64,000 bases of DNA from Clostridia bacterium (lineage in GTDB: Bacteria > Bacillota > Clostridia > Oscillospirales > Oscillospiraceae), in NCBI GenBank assembly GCA_009929315.1, contig SAAS01000009.1, forward strand, positions 95-64,094, written 5' to 3'. The notes beneath the pieces were generated by a model. It saw only the letters and a program-made list of their open reading frames with translations. It was not told the DNA's origin and did not search any database. Of this stretch, positions 18,744 through 28,743 are shown in pieces. Position numbers and translations under genes: made by a program. Position 1 is the stretch's first letter. The number at the start of each line of letters is the position of its first letter.

Positions 18744-19475
18744 ATGGAAATCAACGATTTAAAAGAAGAAATTGCTACTCTTCGTAAAAAGGGTAATGAA
18801 CTTATAAAAACACTTGAAGTAGACAAAACTGGAGCATGCAAAGATTTTCAATTTTTCGTTCGAAATTACGAGGCTTGGTACACAAAATCTCTTTTAGTGG
18901 TGAAACAGCTTATGCCTGATAAATTAGATGATTTTATAGTTCTATATAGAAACGAAAAACGAAAAAATATAGCTCTATCTAATTATACTATTTCTGATGC
19001 TTTAAGGGGTCTCAAGATACAGCCAGGGAATCATGGCCCTGAAACAGCATTATTTTGTGTTGGCCGGCAAATAAACATTGTTGGCACATGTTTAGAGGCA
19101 TTTGAAAGTACGATATATAACATACAGACAATTCTACAAGCTGATGTTTTTGATTCAGAATTAGACTCAGCTCGACATCTTCATAAAATGGGATTTATTC
19201 GTGCGGCTGGTGCAATATGCGGAGTTGTTCTTGAAAAACATTTTGCCGGAGTTGCCATAAATCATAATATAGTTATAAAAAAGAGAGATCCTCATATATC
19301 GGATTACAATGAGGCTTTTAAAGAAAACGTGTACGATGTCGTAGAGTGGCGAAAAATTCAACATCTAGGGGATATTAGAAACTTATGTGACCATAAAAAA
19401 GACAGAGATCCCACTAAGGAAGAGGTTGACGAACTAATCACAGGAACTGAAAGAGTTATAAAATGCATTCACTAA
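18744..19475 (+). CDS. hypothetical protein with N-terminal coiled coil and C-terminal HEPN/DUF4145-like domain
   Basis: RNLCDH (an Rx4H motif) at residues 212-217, nt 19377-19394, preceded by the helix pattern AAGAICGVVLEKHF...ISDYNEAFKENVYDV. The gene is much more AT-rich than its neighbours. Confidence 0.5.
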   Translation: MEINDLKEEIATLRKKGNELIKTLEVDKTGACKDFQFFVRNYEAWYTKSLLVVKQLMPDKLDDFIVLYRNEKRKNIALSNYTISDALRGLKIQPGNHGPETALFCVGRQINIVGTCLEAFESTIYNIQTILQADVFDSELDSARHLHKMGFIRAAGAICGVVLEKHFAGVAINHNIVIKKRDPHISDYNEAFKENVYDVVEWRKIQHLGDIRNLCDHKKDRDPTKEEVDELITGTERVIKCIH

Positions 19476-19484
19476 ACAGCAAGA

Positions 19485-19508
19485 GCCGCGGAACGAATGT
19501 TCCGCGGC
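19485..19508. terminator. hairpin between the convergent HEPN-like gene and thrC
   Basis: GCCGCGGAAC-gaat-GTTCCGCGGC. T-rich sequence follows on the plus strand. Confidence 0.6.
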
Positions 19509-19530
19509 TTCTTATATTTCATAATAATAT

Positions 19531-21006
19531 TTAGTTTAAGAATCCCATGACCACGTCGGGCATGGCTTCCTTGGCGGTGCAGCCGGTGAAACGCACTTCC
19601 CTGCCGTCAAGTCCTGTAAGAGGCTTGGGCGCAGTCGTGCCCGTAACGGCTTCGAGCCTGTTTATAAGCTCCGCGCCCGACTGGACGCTGGCTTCACCGA
19701 AGGCACTGAGCACGCTGTCGGCAAATTTATAGGGGCTAGCGGTTGAAACGATAACCGTGGGGAACTCAGCGCCAATTTTGGTCATATTCGCAAGCACGGC
19801 GTAAGCATCGGCGGTATGGGTATCCATCAGATAATTTGCGCTTTTAAAAACTTCCCTGATATAGGCCTTCGCCTCGTCATCATTCGTAAAGCCACCATCA
19901 AAATCTGCTTTAATCTTAGAAAGAACTTCAGCGCCGACGTCGTATTTTCCGACTGTTTTCAGTTCGTTCATCCAATTATTCACAGAAACGTCGTCCGAGA
20001 GCATAAAGAGCAAGCGTTCGAGATTTGAGGAAACAAGTATATCCATTGAGGGTGAAATTGTCGTGAAAAACTCACGGTTGCGGTCATAGACTCCGGTATT
20101 TATAAAGTCCGTGAGGACGTTGTTGCGGTTTGAGGCGCAGATAAGACGGCGCACCGGAAGTCCCATTTTCTTCGCGTACCAGCCTGCCAAAATATCGCCG
20201 AAATTGCCTGTCGGCACGCAAAAATCGATTTCGTCGCCAAGTTTGATTTTTCCCGAATTTACATAGTCGCAATAAGCGGAAAAATAGTAGACAATCTGCG
20301 GCAGGAGTCTTCCCCAGTTAATCGAGTTCGCGGAGGAGAGGAAAACGCCCTTTTCGTTAAGCTTTTTTGCAAACTCACGATTGCTGAATATTGCCTTAAC
20401 GCCCGTCTGAGCATCGTCGAAGTTGCCCTCAACAGCGGAAACATAGACGTTTGCGCCGCACTGAGTGGTCATCTGAAGCTTCTGAACATCAGATACGCCG
20501 TCACGCGGGTAGAAAACCACTATGGAAGTGCCGTCAACATCGGCAAAACCTTCAAGCGCCGCCTTGCCGGTGTCGCCCGAGGTGGCGACAAGTATGCAGA
20601 CCTTGCGCGTTTCGCCCGTCTTTTTAAGGGAAGCTGTCAGCAGTCGCGGGAGCATTTGCAGAGCCATGTCTTTGAATGCACAGGTAGGACCGTGCCAAAG
20701 CTCGAGAACGGCGGTATTCCTGTTTATGAAGCGAGTGGGCGCTATCTCCGCGCTGTCGTAGTTATCGGAGTAGGCCTCGCCTACAAAACCGCGAAGCTCC
20801 TCTTCGGAAAACTCCTCAAGATATTTGCCCATAATTGTGACAGCTTTTTCGCGGTAGTTAAGCCCGCAGAGCTCTGAAATTTCCGTGATTGTCAAAGGCG
20901 GGATGGAAACGGGGACGAACAGTCCACCGTCCGAAGAAAGTCCCTGAACGATTGCCTGTGCCGCCGTAACGACATTACTCTTATCTCTCGTGCTGTAATA
21001 TTTCAT
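19531..21006 (-). CDS. thrC: threonine synthase
   Basis: MKYYSTR...GLFVP N-terminus and the PLP lysine region FKD. Start at the ATG at 21006 behind AAGGGG. The ORF-track start is a TTG at 21012. Confidence 0.9.
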   Translation of the reverse strand: MKYYSTRDKSNVVTAAQAIVQGLSSDGGLFVPVSIPPLTITEISELCGLNYREKAVTIMGKYLEEFSEEELRGFVGEAYSDNYDSAEIAPTRFINRNTAVLELWHGPTCAFKDMALQMLPRLLTASLKKTGETRKVCILVATSGDTGKAALEGFADVDGTSIVVFYPRDGVSDVQKLQMTTQCGANVYVSAVEGNFDDAQTGVKAIFSNREFAKKLNEKGVFLSSANSINWGRLLPQIVYYFSAYCDYVNSGKIKLGDEIDFCVPTGNFGDILAGWYAKKMGLPVRRLICASNRNNVLTDFINTGVYDRNREFFTTISPSMDILVSSNLERLLFMLSDDVSVNNWMNELKTVGKYDVGAEVLSKIKADFDGGFTNDDEAKAYIREVFKSANYLMDTHTADAYAVLANMTKIGAEFPTVIVSTASPYKFADSVLSAFGEASVQSGAELINRLEAVTGTTAPKPLTGLDGREVRFTGCTAKEAMPDVVMGFLN

Positions 21007-21018
21007 TGCCAAAACCCC

Positions 21019-21381
21019 TTACTGAAATGCGTTTTCTATGTGGTTGATTATTATAGATTTAGACGCTGCTCCCTCCGCTGCGTAAATTTCTATTACGTCA
21101 AAGCGCGGCTGAAGCTCGGTTTCGTTTTGAGAAAGCCAAAGGGATGCGGTTTTGATTATTTTTTCCTGCTTGGAAGCGGTAACAAACTCCTTTGCTTCGG
21201 CAAAAGCATCGGATTTGCGCAGCTTAACCTCAGCAAAAACTATGTATTTTTTGTTTTGTGCGATCAGGTCAATCTCCCCAAAGCGACAGGAGTAGTTAAG
21301 CCCGATTATTTTGTAATGTTTTTTCTTCAGGTATTCTGCGGCCGCCTGTTCTCCGAAGCGCCCGACAAGCTTTTTGTCCAT
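21019..21381 (-). CDS. yraN: YraN family endonuclease-like protein (UPF0102)
   Basis: GE..A..YL...GY.I...N.R...GEIDLIA.....IVFVEVK pattern. Confidence 0.85.
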   Translation of the reverse strand: MDKKLVGRFGEQAAAEYLKKKHYKIIGLNYSCRFGEIDLIAQNKKYIVFAEVKLRKSDAFAEAKEFVTASKQEKIIKTASLWLSQNETELQPRFDVIEIYAAEGAASKSIIINHIENAFQ

Positions 21382-21995
21382 GCGTTACCCTCCGCGAAAA
21401 ACTTTTTCAGGAAAGAGCTGCGGTGTATCGGACAGGGTCCGAACTCGCCGAGCGCCTTGTAATGCTCGGAAGTACCGTAGCCCTTGTGCTTATAAAAGCC
21501 GTACTGAGGATAGATTTTATCATATTCAAGCATCAGCCTGTCACGAGTAACCTTCGCAAGAATTGAAGCTGCGGCAATGCTCGCGCATTTGGCATCGCCG
21601 CCTATAACGGCAAGGCAGTTATATTTGACACCCTTAATCTGGTTGCCGTCAATTAGCGCAAGCTCGGGAGTTGTCACAAGTTTTTCGATTGCTCTGTTCA
21701 TCACAAGGTGAGTTGCGGCCAAAATATTAAGCTCCTCAATCTCCGAGACCTCGGCAAAGGCTATTCCGTAGCCCAAAGCACAGCCGGTGATTATCTCATA
21801 AAGCTCCTCGCGCTTTTTCTCGGTGAGCTTTTTTGAGTCGTTGAGATCGTGAATTTCGATTCCGTGAGGTAAAATAACCGCCGCCGCGCAGACGGGACCC
21901 GCCAAAGGTCCTCTCCCCGCTTCGTCAACCCCGCAAAGTGAGCTAACTCCGCCATTTAAAAGCTCATTTTCAATCGACCATAAATCCATAATCAT
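21327..21995 (-). CDS. rnhB: ribonuclease HII
   Basis: [14 protein letters not shown] and DSKKL motifs. The 3' end overlaps yraN by 55 nt. Confidence 0.9.
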   Translation of the reverse strand: MIMDLWSIENELLNGGVSSLCGVDEAGRGPLAGPVCAAAVILPHGIEIHDLNDSKKLTEKKREELYEIITGCALGYGIAFAEVSEIEELNILAATHLVMNRAIEKLVTTPELALIDGNQIKGVKYNCLAVIGGDAKCASIAAASILAKVTRDRLMLEYDKIYPQYGFYKHKGYGTSEHYKALGEFGPCPIHRSSFLKKFFAEGNAWTKSLSGASENRRPQNT

Positions 21996-22867
21996 AGCGT
22001 TTCGGGTCTTTCAAGGCTGATTCGTCCAAGCTTCCCGTCACGAAATTCGTCCAAAAGCGTTACGGCCATACGCTCAAAATCAACCTCGCCTTTTGAAACG
22101 ATGAAGCCGCGCTTTCTCGCGGCTGCTTCGAGCAGCTCCAGACCGCTTGCGGAAGGGTCAGGATTAAACTTGTAGCGCTGTTCAATGCTCTTGGGATATA
22201 GCTCGCGAAGTTTGAGCATAAGGTTTGAGGCTAAAATTTCTCTGTCCATTATCTCGTCGCGGATTGCGCCCGTAAAGGCAAGGCACTCCCCTACTGCCTG
22301 ACTGTCAAACCGGGGCCAGAGTATGCCCGGAGTGTCAAGAAGCTCGAGCCCCGTGTCAATTGTTATCCACTGCTTTCCGCGGGTAACGCCGGGTTTGTCC
22401 GAGGCTTTTGCAGCCTTTCGTTTGGCTACCTTGTTGATAAAAGTGGATTTCCCGACATTTGGAATGCCGAGTATCATTGCGCGAATGGGCTTACCTGCCT
22501 GACCTTTGGCTGCAAGAGCTTCGATTTTGTCGCGGAGCACAAATCGTATAGCATCGGCAAAGGCCGAAACGCCTTTTCCGCTTTTGCAGTCGGTTTCAAG
22601 GACGTAGAGCCCCTGCGCTTTGAAGTAATTGCGCCAGAGCAGCGTAACGTCGGGATCCGCCTGATCAACGCGGTTTAGAATAACAAGGCGGGGCTTTGTG
22701 CCCGAAAGCCTTTCAATGTCGGGATTTCTGCTTGAATACGGTATGCGCGCGTCAATAATTTCGCACACAGCGTCGACAAGCTTCATGTTCTCCTCAATCA
22801 TGCGCTGAGCCTTTGTCATGTGACCGGGGAACCATTGAATATTCATTTTTTCAGGTATATCGGACAT
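21992..22867 (-). CDS. rbgA: ribosome biogenesis GTPase YlqF/RbgA
   Basis: [11 protein letters not shown] and circularly permuted G motifs (NRVD...GIPNVGKST). Confidence 0.9.
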   Translation of the reverse strand: MSDIPEKMNIQWFPGHMTKAQRMIEENMKLVDAVCEIIDARIPYSSRNPDIERLSGTKPRLVILNRVDQADPDVTLLWRNYFKAQGLYVLETDCKSGKGVSAFADAIRFVLRDKIEALAAKGQAGKPIRAMILGIPNVGKSTFINKVAKRKAAKASDKPGVTRGKQWITIDTGLELLDTPGILWPRFDSQAVGECLAFTGAIRDEIMDREILASNLMLKLRELYPKSIEQRYKFNPDPSASGLELLEAAARKRGFIVSKGEVDFERMAVTLLDEFRDGKLGRISLERPETL

Positions 22868-22933
22868 TAAATTACCTCAATACTTGTTGGCATAGTTTAC
22901 GCGGCAAGGGATAAAGTGCAGTTTAAGCGGTGT

Positions 22934-23605
22934 TTATTCCACCGCGCCGAACTGATCTATCGGCAAAATACGCAGAAGCACTTTGCCCAGAATGTATCTT
23001 GTGTCAACGCAGCCCAGGCGGCTGTCGCGGCTGTCGGAAGAGTTGTTGCGGTTGTCACCCATGACAAATACGCAGTTTTCGGGAACCGTAATCTTGCCGT
23101 CAAAATCAATCGGAGTCAGTGTCAACTCGGCAGTATAAGGCTCAGTCAGCGGCTGGTCGTCAACGTAAACAATGCCTTTTTCAAAGTCAATATCAACGGT
23201 TTGACCCGCCACAGCGATAACTCGCTTGATTATCGGTTCCTCCATGAAGGAAAGCTTGCGCAGCACAACTACATCGCCCTGTTTGGGTTCGTAAAACAAG
23301 TTAGATATTACGACACTGTCACCGTCGTGGAAGGTGTTCTGCATTGAAGGACCGATTATGCCGATAATTCTGACAAAGAAGGCAAAAACCAAAACGCAGA
23401 CTAAAAACGCGGTGACGATTGACTGCATCCATTCATAGATTTCCGCAGGCTCGTCTTGCGATTCGGGCTTTAACTCTTGCTTATTTTTAGATTTTATATC
23501 TTTTTTCACAGGATTAGCGGCTTCTTCGGCGGCAAAACGCTCATAGTCAAAGCCGGAAGAGCTATCCTCAGTCAAATCATATTTCTCGCTTTGTTTCTTT
23601 TCCAA
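22934..23605 (-). CDS. lepB: signal peptidase I
   Basis: GPSMQNT (Ser box), RVIAVAGQ (Lys box), GDNRNNSSDSR. Confidence 0.9.
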   Translation of the reverse strand: MEKKQSEKYDLTEDSSSGFDYERFAAEEAANPVKKDIKSKNKQELKPESQDEPAEIYEWMQSIVTAFLVCVLVFAFFVRIIGIIGPSMQNTFHDGDSVVISNLFYEPKQGDVVVLRKLSFMEEPIIKRVIAVAGQTVDIDFEKGIVYVDDQPLTEPYTAELTLTPIDFDGKITVPENCVFVMGDNRNNSSDSRDSRLGCVDTRYILGKVLLRILPIDQFGAVE

Positions 23606-23774
23606 AACAATACCTCCATCTCAGAGTATATCTAAATTGTAATTATACACTTGAGAAGCATATTTTAGCAATATCAAAATGAAAATTCAAGCAAACGGGC
23701 GCTTTTGGGTGTTGAAATGCATGTAATAACCCGGATAAACAAAAAAAGAGGCTGACGCCTCTTTTTTGTTTACG

Positions 23775-24116
23775 TTAAACGCGCTCCTTGACCTTTGCCT
23801 TCTTACCGACTCTGTCGCGGAGATAATAGAGCTTAGCTCTGCGTACCTTACCTTTGCGAATTGTTTCAACGGAAACAATCGTGGGTGAATGCACGGGGAA
23901 AACCTTTTCGCATCCGACATTATAGGAAATGCGGCGAACCGTAATCGTTTCACTTATACCGCCGTGCTTTCTTGCGATAATTGTGCCGTCAAACGCCTGG
24001 TTTCTCTCGCGGTTTCCTTCTTTAACACGAACAACGACACGAACTGTGTCACCGACGTTCATTTCGGGAAGCTCAGTCTTCATATACTGCTGAGATAGTG
24101 TCTTAACCAAATCCAT
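23775..24116 (-). CDS. rplS: 50S ribosomal protein L19
   Basis: Typical L19 sequence (VGDTVRV...EGNRER.Q.F.G..IA....G...T.TVRR). Confidence 0.95.
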   Translation of the reverse strand: MDLVKTLSQQYMKTELPEMNVGDTVRVVVRVKEGNRERNQAFDGTIIARKHGGISETITVRRISYNVGCEKVFPVHSPTIVSVETIRKGKVRRAKLYYLRDRVGKKAKVKERV

Positions 24117-24349
24117 ACTTGTATCCTCCCTTCACTGTAAACGTTCGTGGCCGGTAAAAGTTCCGCCAGAGGACCGTTCCTAATGACAACTAAGCGGCGA
24201 GCAAGAATAGCTCTCGCATAGACCATGAAATTTTACCATAGAGAAAAAGGTATTGCAAGGTATTTTTCTAAGGAAATTACGAAAAAATAAATATAGCGGC
24301 AATAAACGCTTTAAATTTTGCGATTTATTGCCGTTATATTTTATTAATA

Positions 24350-25195
24350 TCAGTATGCGACTATTATTCCGCCTGCGTTGGCATAAATTGTGCTGATTCC
24401 GCCGGCCGTCATTATCTGACAGTTCTTAAAGCCGACCTTCGCCAAAATGCAGTCGCGGGCTTCTCGCGCCCTGTCCGGACATTTGCAGTGGGTAATGAAA
24501 AGGGTGCGCGCGCTCATATCCAAATTCTTGCATCTTTCCGCAATCAGCTCGGCGAGCTTTGCCACGGCGCGATCCATAGAAAGTGCCTTGCCGCGAACGC
24601 AAATGTTTCCCGTTTCATCTCCGCCCATAACGAGCTTAATTTTCAAAGCTCCGGTAATTATCGACTGAAGGTGATTGAGCCTTCCGTTTTTACGAAAAAC
24701 CTCAAGCGTTTCAAGGAGAAAATATGTTGTCAGACCATTAATAAATTCAAGCGTCTGCTTGACAATTTCGTCAAAAGCAACTCCCGCTTCGGCAAGTGAC
24801 AGAATCTTGTGGCAAATCGCAATTTGACCTGCCGAGGCGCTGCGTGAGCTGAAGACGAAGATGTTTTTTTCGGGGTGGTTTTCCTTAAACATATTTGCGG
24901 CTACAACAGCGCTGTTGTAGCTGCCGCTTAACTTGTCGGATAAAGTTACGACATAAATATCATCAGCACCGCACTCGTATGCTTCAACATAGCTGCCGGG
25001 TGACGGACAAGCTGATTTCGGAGCGTTACGAGAAGCGGCCATTTTGCTGAGAAGTAAACTGCAGCGCAGAGTCTCATCGTCGATAAATGTTTCCCCATCA
25101 AGTTCAATCGACAGCGGAACGCGCTTTAACCAAGCGTAATCATCCTCAAGATAAGGATAGTCGCAGCAGCTGTCACCGATTATTTGAAAGCTCAA
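24350..25195 (-). CDS. DegV family fatty-acid-binding protein
   Basis: IIGDSCCDYP N-terminus (the DegV DS.CD motif), length about 280 aa. TTG start behind GAGGTGA. Confidence 0.8.
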   Translation of the reverse strand: MSFQIIGDSCCDYPYLEDDYAWLKRVPLSIELDGETFIDDETLRCSLLLSKMAASRNAPKSACPSPGSYVEAYECGADDIYVVTLSDKLSGSYNSAVVAANMFKENHPEKNIFVFSSRSASAGQIAICHKILSLAEAGVAFDEIVKQTLEFINGLTTYFLLETLEVFRKNGRLNHLQSIITGALKIKLVMGGDETGNICVRGKALSMDRAVAKLAELIAERCKNLDMSARTLFITHCKCPDRAREARDCILAKVGFKNCQIMTAGGISTIYANAGGIIVAY

Positions 25196-25364
25196 TGCTT
25201 ATCACCTCGTATTCACAATTTGTTAATAAATATGGTAATCAATAACACATATAATGATAATGACTACCAGTTCGAGATGATTATACTATCAATACTCCCG
25301 GTTGTCAATTGCGTTATTTATTTGATTTATTGAACAAGCTGTGTTCAAATGCGAACGAAAACTG

Positions 25365-25967
25365 TCAGCGCTGCGCCAAATCGGCGATAATATCAATACA
25401 GGATTCAATGCCTAACTTTCCGCTGTTAAGACTGATATCATAGTTGGTGCTCATGCCCCAGATTCTTCCCGTATAGTTTTTGTAATAGACCTTGCGCTTT
25501 TTGTCCTTTTCCTCAAGCCGTTTCTGCGGAACGTCCTCCATTTCGCCGTAGAGCTTTACGATTCGCTCAGCCTTAAACTGCATATCGGCGTAAATAAATA
25601 CATGCAGAGCCTCCGGACAGTCCTTGAGAATGTAATCCGCGCAGCGCCCGACGATTACGCAGGGCCCCTCCTCCGGCAGCTTCTTAATTATGTTATGAGA
25701 AATGACATAAAGCTTATCGGAAATTCCGGATACTCCGTCATACCCGCCTGAGCCGGAACGGGACAGATTAAACAGAAAGCTGCTGGTCGAGGTGGCATCC
25801 TCTCCCCTTCTCTCGACGAAATCCTTTGAATAGCCGCTTTCTTTGGCAATCCGTTCCACCAGGGCCTTATCATAAAAATTATAGCCCAAACGCTCAGCCA
25901 GCTCAAAAGCTATGGTTCTTCCGCCGCTGCCAAACTCTCGGCTGATTGTAATAACTGTTTTACTCAT
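25365..25967 (-). CDS. cytidylate kinase-like family protein
   Basis: ITISREFGSGGR P-loop-like motif. Start moved to the ATG at 25967 behind GGAGG. The ORF-track N-terminal extension would overlap the MATE gene. Confidence 0.75.
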   Translation of the reverse strand: MSKTVITISREFGSGGRTIAFELAERLGYNFYDKALVERIAKESGYSKDFVERRGEDATSTSSFLFNLSRSGSGGYDGVSGISDKLYVISHNIIKKLPEEGPCVIVGRCADYILKDCPEALHVFIYADMQFKAERIVKLYGEMEDVPQKRLEEKDKKRKVYYKNYTGRIWGMSTNYDISLNSGKLGIESCIDIIADLAQR

Positions 25968-26017
25968 TATAAGCGCCTCCGTATGGTAGTTATTTACAGT
26001 GCTCAACAACGCAGTAT

Positions 26018-27418
26018 CTAGTTCCTTATTTCGGGAGTCGGCAGCGGAAGCTCGCATTTTTCCTGCCTTGAAACCTGTCGTGATATTGAAACGGCAAAGG
26101 GTATTGTAATCAGGAATGAAATAAAATCGGAAGTTGCCTGAGCGACTGCCACGCCCTGAACGCCAAATATTGAAGACAATATAAAAATTACCGGAATAAA
26201 GCATAAGCCCTGTCTAGTGATGCCAAGAATAATCGCGCCGCCCGGTTTTCCCAACGCCGCATACATCATGTTGACAACAATTACCCAGGCGGTAAGCGGT
26301 AAAGACAGGCATTGGGAGACCAGGCAGAGCTTTCCGAGAGATAGCATTTCCATGTCCGTTTCCGTGAAAAGATAGATAATCTGTTCCGCAAACAACCATA
26401 TAAGAAGGCTCACAATTACGGTGCCGATTGCTCCGACGATTGAAGAAAACCTAAACGATTGTCGCACCCTGTCATAGCGCTTTGCGCCCCAGTTAAAGCC
26501 CGCGACAGGCTGAAAGCCCTGACCGAAGCCGAGCATTGCGGAAAGAGGAATCATCATTATGCGGGACACAACAGAGGTGGCAGCAAGCGCGGAGTCCGAA
26601 TACCTGCCGGCTATATTGTTGACCAGAACATAGGCGACAACACCAAGCCCCATACGAAGCAGTGAAGGAAGTCCCATGAGCGATATTTCACGAACGATAT
26701 CCTTGGTGAAGCTAATGATTTTAATGGAGAGCCGAAGTACTGTTCTTTTTCTTAGATAAGGATAAATAAGTATACAAAAACCCACGAATTTTGAAATTGC
26801 CGTAGCAATTGCAGCACCTGCAACGCCCAGATCAAAGGTGAAAATGAAGAGCGGGTCAAGCGCAATATTCAATATTCCGCCGATGCCGATGCCGACCATT
26901 GAATAGACCGGGCTTCCCTCTGAGCGAAGGCACTGGTTCAAAACAAAGCTTGCGGCCATATAAGGCGCGGCGATAAGGATGTAATTTGCGTAGTCAATTG
27001 CGTATTGAGTCGAAGACGGAGTTGCCCCAAGAAACCTTACCAGCTTTTCAGTGAAAAGTAAACCGGGAATCATAACGAGAGCGCCCATAACAACAGCGGA
27101 AAAAAACGCGGTTGAAAGCGTTGCGGAGGCTTTCTTTGTTTGCTTTGCGCCCAAGAGCCTTGATACATAGCTGTTTGCACCGAAGGCCAGAAAAGAGCCG
27201 GCCATCATAATAATCTGGTCAATTGACATTGTAACGCCGACTGCGGCGGTTGCCGAGGTTCCGAGGGAGCTTACAAAATAAGTGTCGGCCATGCTGTAAA
27301 TCGAGGTTACAAGCATGGCAACAATCGTGGGTATTGCCATTTTTGGTATAAGCCGTGAAATCGGGGTGCCCAGCATCATTTCGCGGCGCTGCGCTTGAAG
27401 CTGCTTATCCTTGCCCAT
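26018..27418 (-). CDS. MATE family efflux transporter
   Basis: About 12 TM helices and a typical MATE N-terminus (P....P.....L.....D..FV..LG..A.AAVG). Confidence 0.85.
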   Translation of the reverse strand: MGKDKQLQAQRREMMLGTPISRLIPKMAIPTIVAMLVTSIYSMADTYFVSSLGTSATAAVGVTMSIDQIIMMAGSFLAFGANSYVSRLLGAKQTKKASATLSTAFFSAVVMGALVMIPGLLFTEKLVRFLGATPSSTQYAIDYANYILIAAPYMAASFVLNQCLRSEGSPVYSMVGIGIGGILNIALDPLFIFTFDLGVAGAAIATAISKFVGFCILIYPYLRKRTVLRLSIKIISFTKDIVREISLMGLPSLLRMGLGVVAYVLVNNIAGRYSDSALAATSVVSRIMMIPLSAMLGFGQGFQPVAGFNWGAKRYDRVRQSFRFSSIVGAIGTVIVSLLIWLFAEQIIYLFTETDMEMLSLGKLCLVSQCLSLPLTAWVIVVNMMYAALGKPGGAIILGITRQGLCFIPVIFILSSIFGVQGVAVAQATSDFISFLITIPFAVSISRQVSRQEKCELPLPTPEIRN

Positions 27419-27460
27419 TGCGTTCTCCTTAGGGACTGTATCTGTATTTAAGTTACAAAG

Positions 27461-28399
27461 CTATAAAAAGTATTCTGCAAGCTGTGCCCAGAGCGGTATT
27501 GTCACAGAACACGCCAAAATCGAAAAAAACACGCTTCCCGAGCCTTCAAGAACTGCCTGAGGCTCCGGACTGTATTGAAGAGTAAAAGCACTCAAAAGCG
27601 AGGCAACCGGAAGCGCGGAGTATATGACGACTATTTTTGCAACCAGCGGGTCAACGGGAACGAGCGTCATAATCATAAGCGTAAGAGCGGGCAGGAGCAT
27701 ATTTCTCAATAAAGGCATCAAGAGATATTTTGGCTTTAAAAGGGACTTTATATTATTTTTGCCGATTGAAATTCCGCATAATATCATGCCCAAAGGTGAA
27801 GTAATCGCTCCGATTCCGGCTATTGTCTTATCAATTGGTGTCGGAAATTCAAAGCCTGTTACATATAGAGCAAGTCCTATAAATACTGTGACGACAGGAG
27901 GTGACAGCCAGCCTCTGATATGCTCAGTTAAGCTTCTTTTTTCGTGTTCGGAACCGACGGGAGAAAGGAGCGATTTTGCGGAGCTGTAATACACCATTCT
28001 TATCGGTACAACAAAAACAACAAAATACAAAAGCCCCGTCTGTCCGTAAAGCGCTTCGACAACCGGAATCCCCACAAAGGAAAAATTCGTAAACATGGCG
28101 CCGAAGCGAAGCATTCTTCCCGTATAGTTTTTCCTGAAAAGCCTGTAAATAAGCTGTCCGAGGCCGAAGCAAAGAGCAAGATAGACTATGCTGATAGCCA
28201 CAAGTATCGCACAGTTAATAAGCTCGTCGGTGGAGAAAGGCGCGCTGAAGGATTTGATAATCATGCAGGGCAAGGCGATATTTATGAGCAGCGAGGTAAG
28301 CGATTTATCAAATTTTTCGTCGACCATACCGAGGCGCCAGACAAGAAAACCGACAAAAATCAGAATTATAAGTTGAAGTGACAATTGAAAAGCGAGCAT
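27461..28399 (-). CDS. AEC (auxin efflux carrier) family transporter
   Basis: 10-TM layout and an N-terminal pattern typical of AEC permeases. Confidence 0.75.
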   Translation of the reverse strand: MLAFQLSLQLIILIFVGFLVWRLGMVDEKFDKSLTSLLINIALPCMIIKSFSAPFSTDELINCAILVAISIVYLALCFGLGQLIYRLFRKNYTGRMLRFGAMFTNFSFVGIPVVEALYGQTGLLYFVVFVVPIRMVYYSSAKSLLSPVGSEHEKRSLTEHIRGWLSPPVVTVFIGLALYVTGFEFPTPIDKTIAGIGAITSPLGMILCGISIGKNNIKSLLKPKYLLMPLLRNMLLPALTLMIMTLVPVDPLVAKIVVIYSALPVASLLSAFTLQYSPEPQAVLEGSGSVFFSILACSVTIPLWAQLAEYFL

Positions 28400-28434
28400 T
28401 TTGAACCTTCTTTATCTAATAGGGAAATAATATA

Positions 28435-28464
28435 CAGGGCGGTTTCGGTAAAAAACCGCCCCTG
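28435..28464 (-). terminator. rho-independent terminator downstream of the SPFH gene and its zinc-ribbon tail frame
   Basis: CAGGGGCGGTTT-ttaccg-AAACCGCCCTG on the minus strand, located after the TAA at 28474-28476 and not after the TAG at 28744-28746. Confidence 0.65.
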
Positions 28465-28473
28465 TAAATTGTC

Positions 28474-28743
28474 TTATTGCTTAATATCGCGCTCATCAAA
28501 AATATCGCCGCACTCAGGGCAGAATTTCGGCGGACTTTGAGGATTTTGCGGTTCCCAGCCGCACTTGTCGCATTTATAGAGCGGCTCGGAGGCGGGCTTT
28601 TGTTTTCCGCATTCGGTGCAGAACTTACCCTTGTTTACAGCTCCGCAAGCGGGGCAGGTCCAGCCCGCAGCAGGTGCGGGCTTTGGCTTGCCGCAGTCGT
28701 TGCAGAATTTGCCCGTGTTGCCTTTTGCACCGCAGGAACACGA
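28474..28743 (-). other. start-less 89-codon open frame encoding three tandem zinc ribbons, in frame with the SPFH gene across its TAG stop
   Basis: My translation is SCSCGAKGNTGKFCNDCGKPKPAPAAGWTCPACGAVNKGKFCTECGKQKPASEPLYKCDKCGWEPQNPQSPPKFCPECGDIFDERDIKQ then TAA. There is no in-frame ATG, GTG or TTG. Codon usage looks like the neighbouring genes. Confidence 0.6.

Noticed and set aside
15399-19515. Genomic island integrated at tRNA-Thr, spanning the CoA-transferase through the HEPN gene
   Set aside because: I found no direct repeat of the tRNA 3' end downstream and no integrase. The CoA-transferase, SDR and SRAP genes have host-like composition and SD sequences. Only the HEPN-like gene is compositionally foreign.
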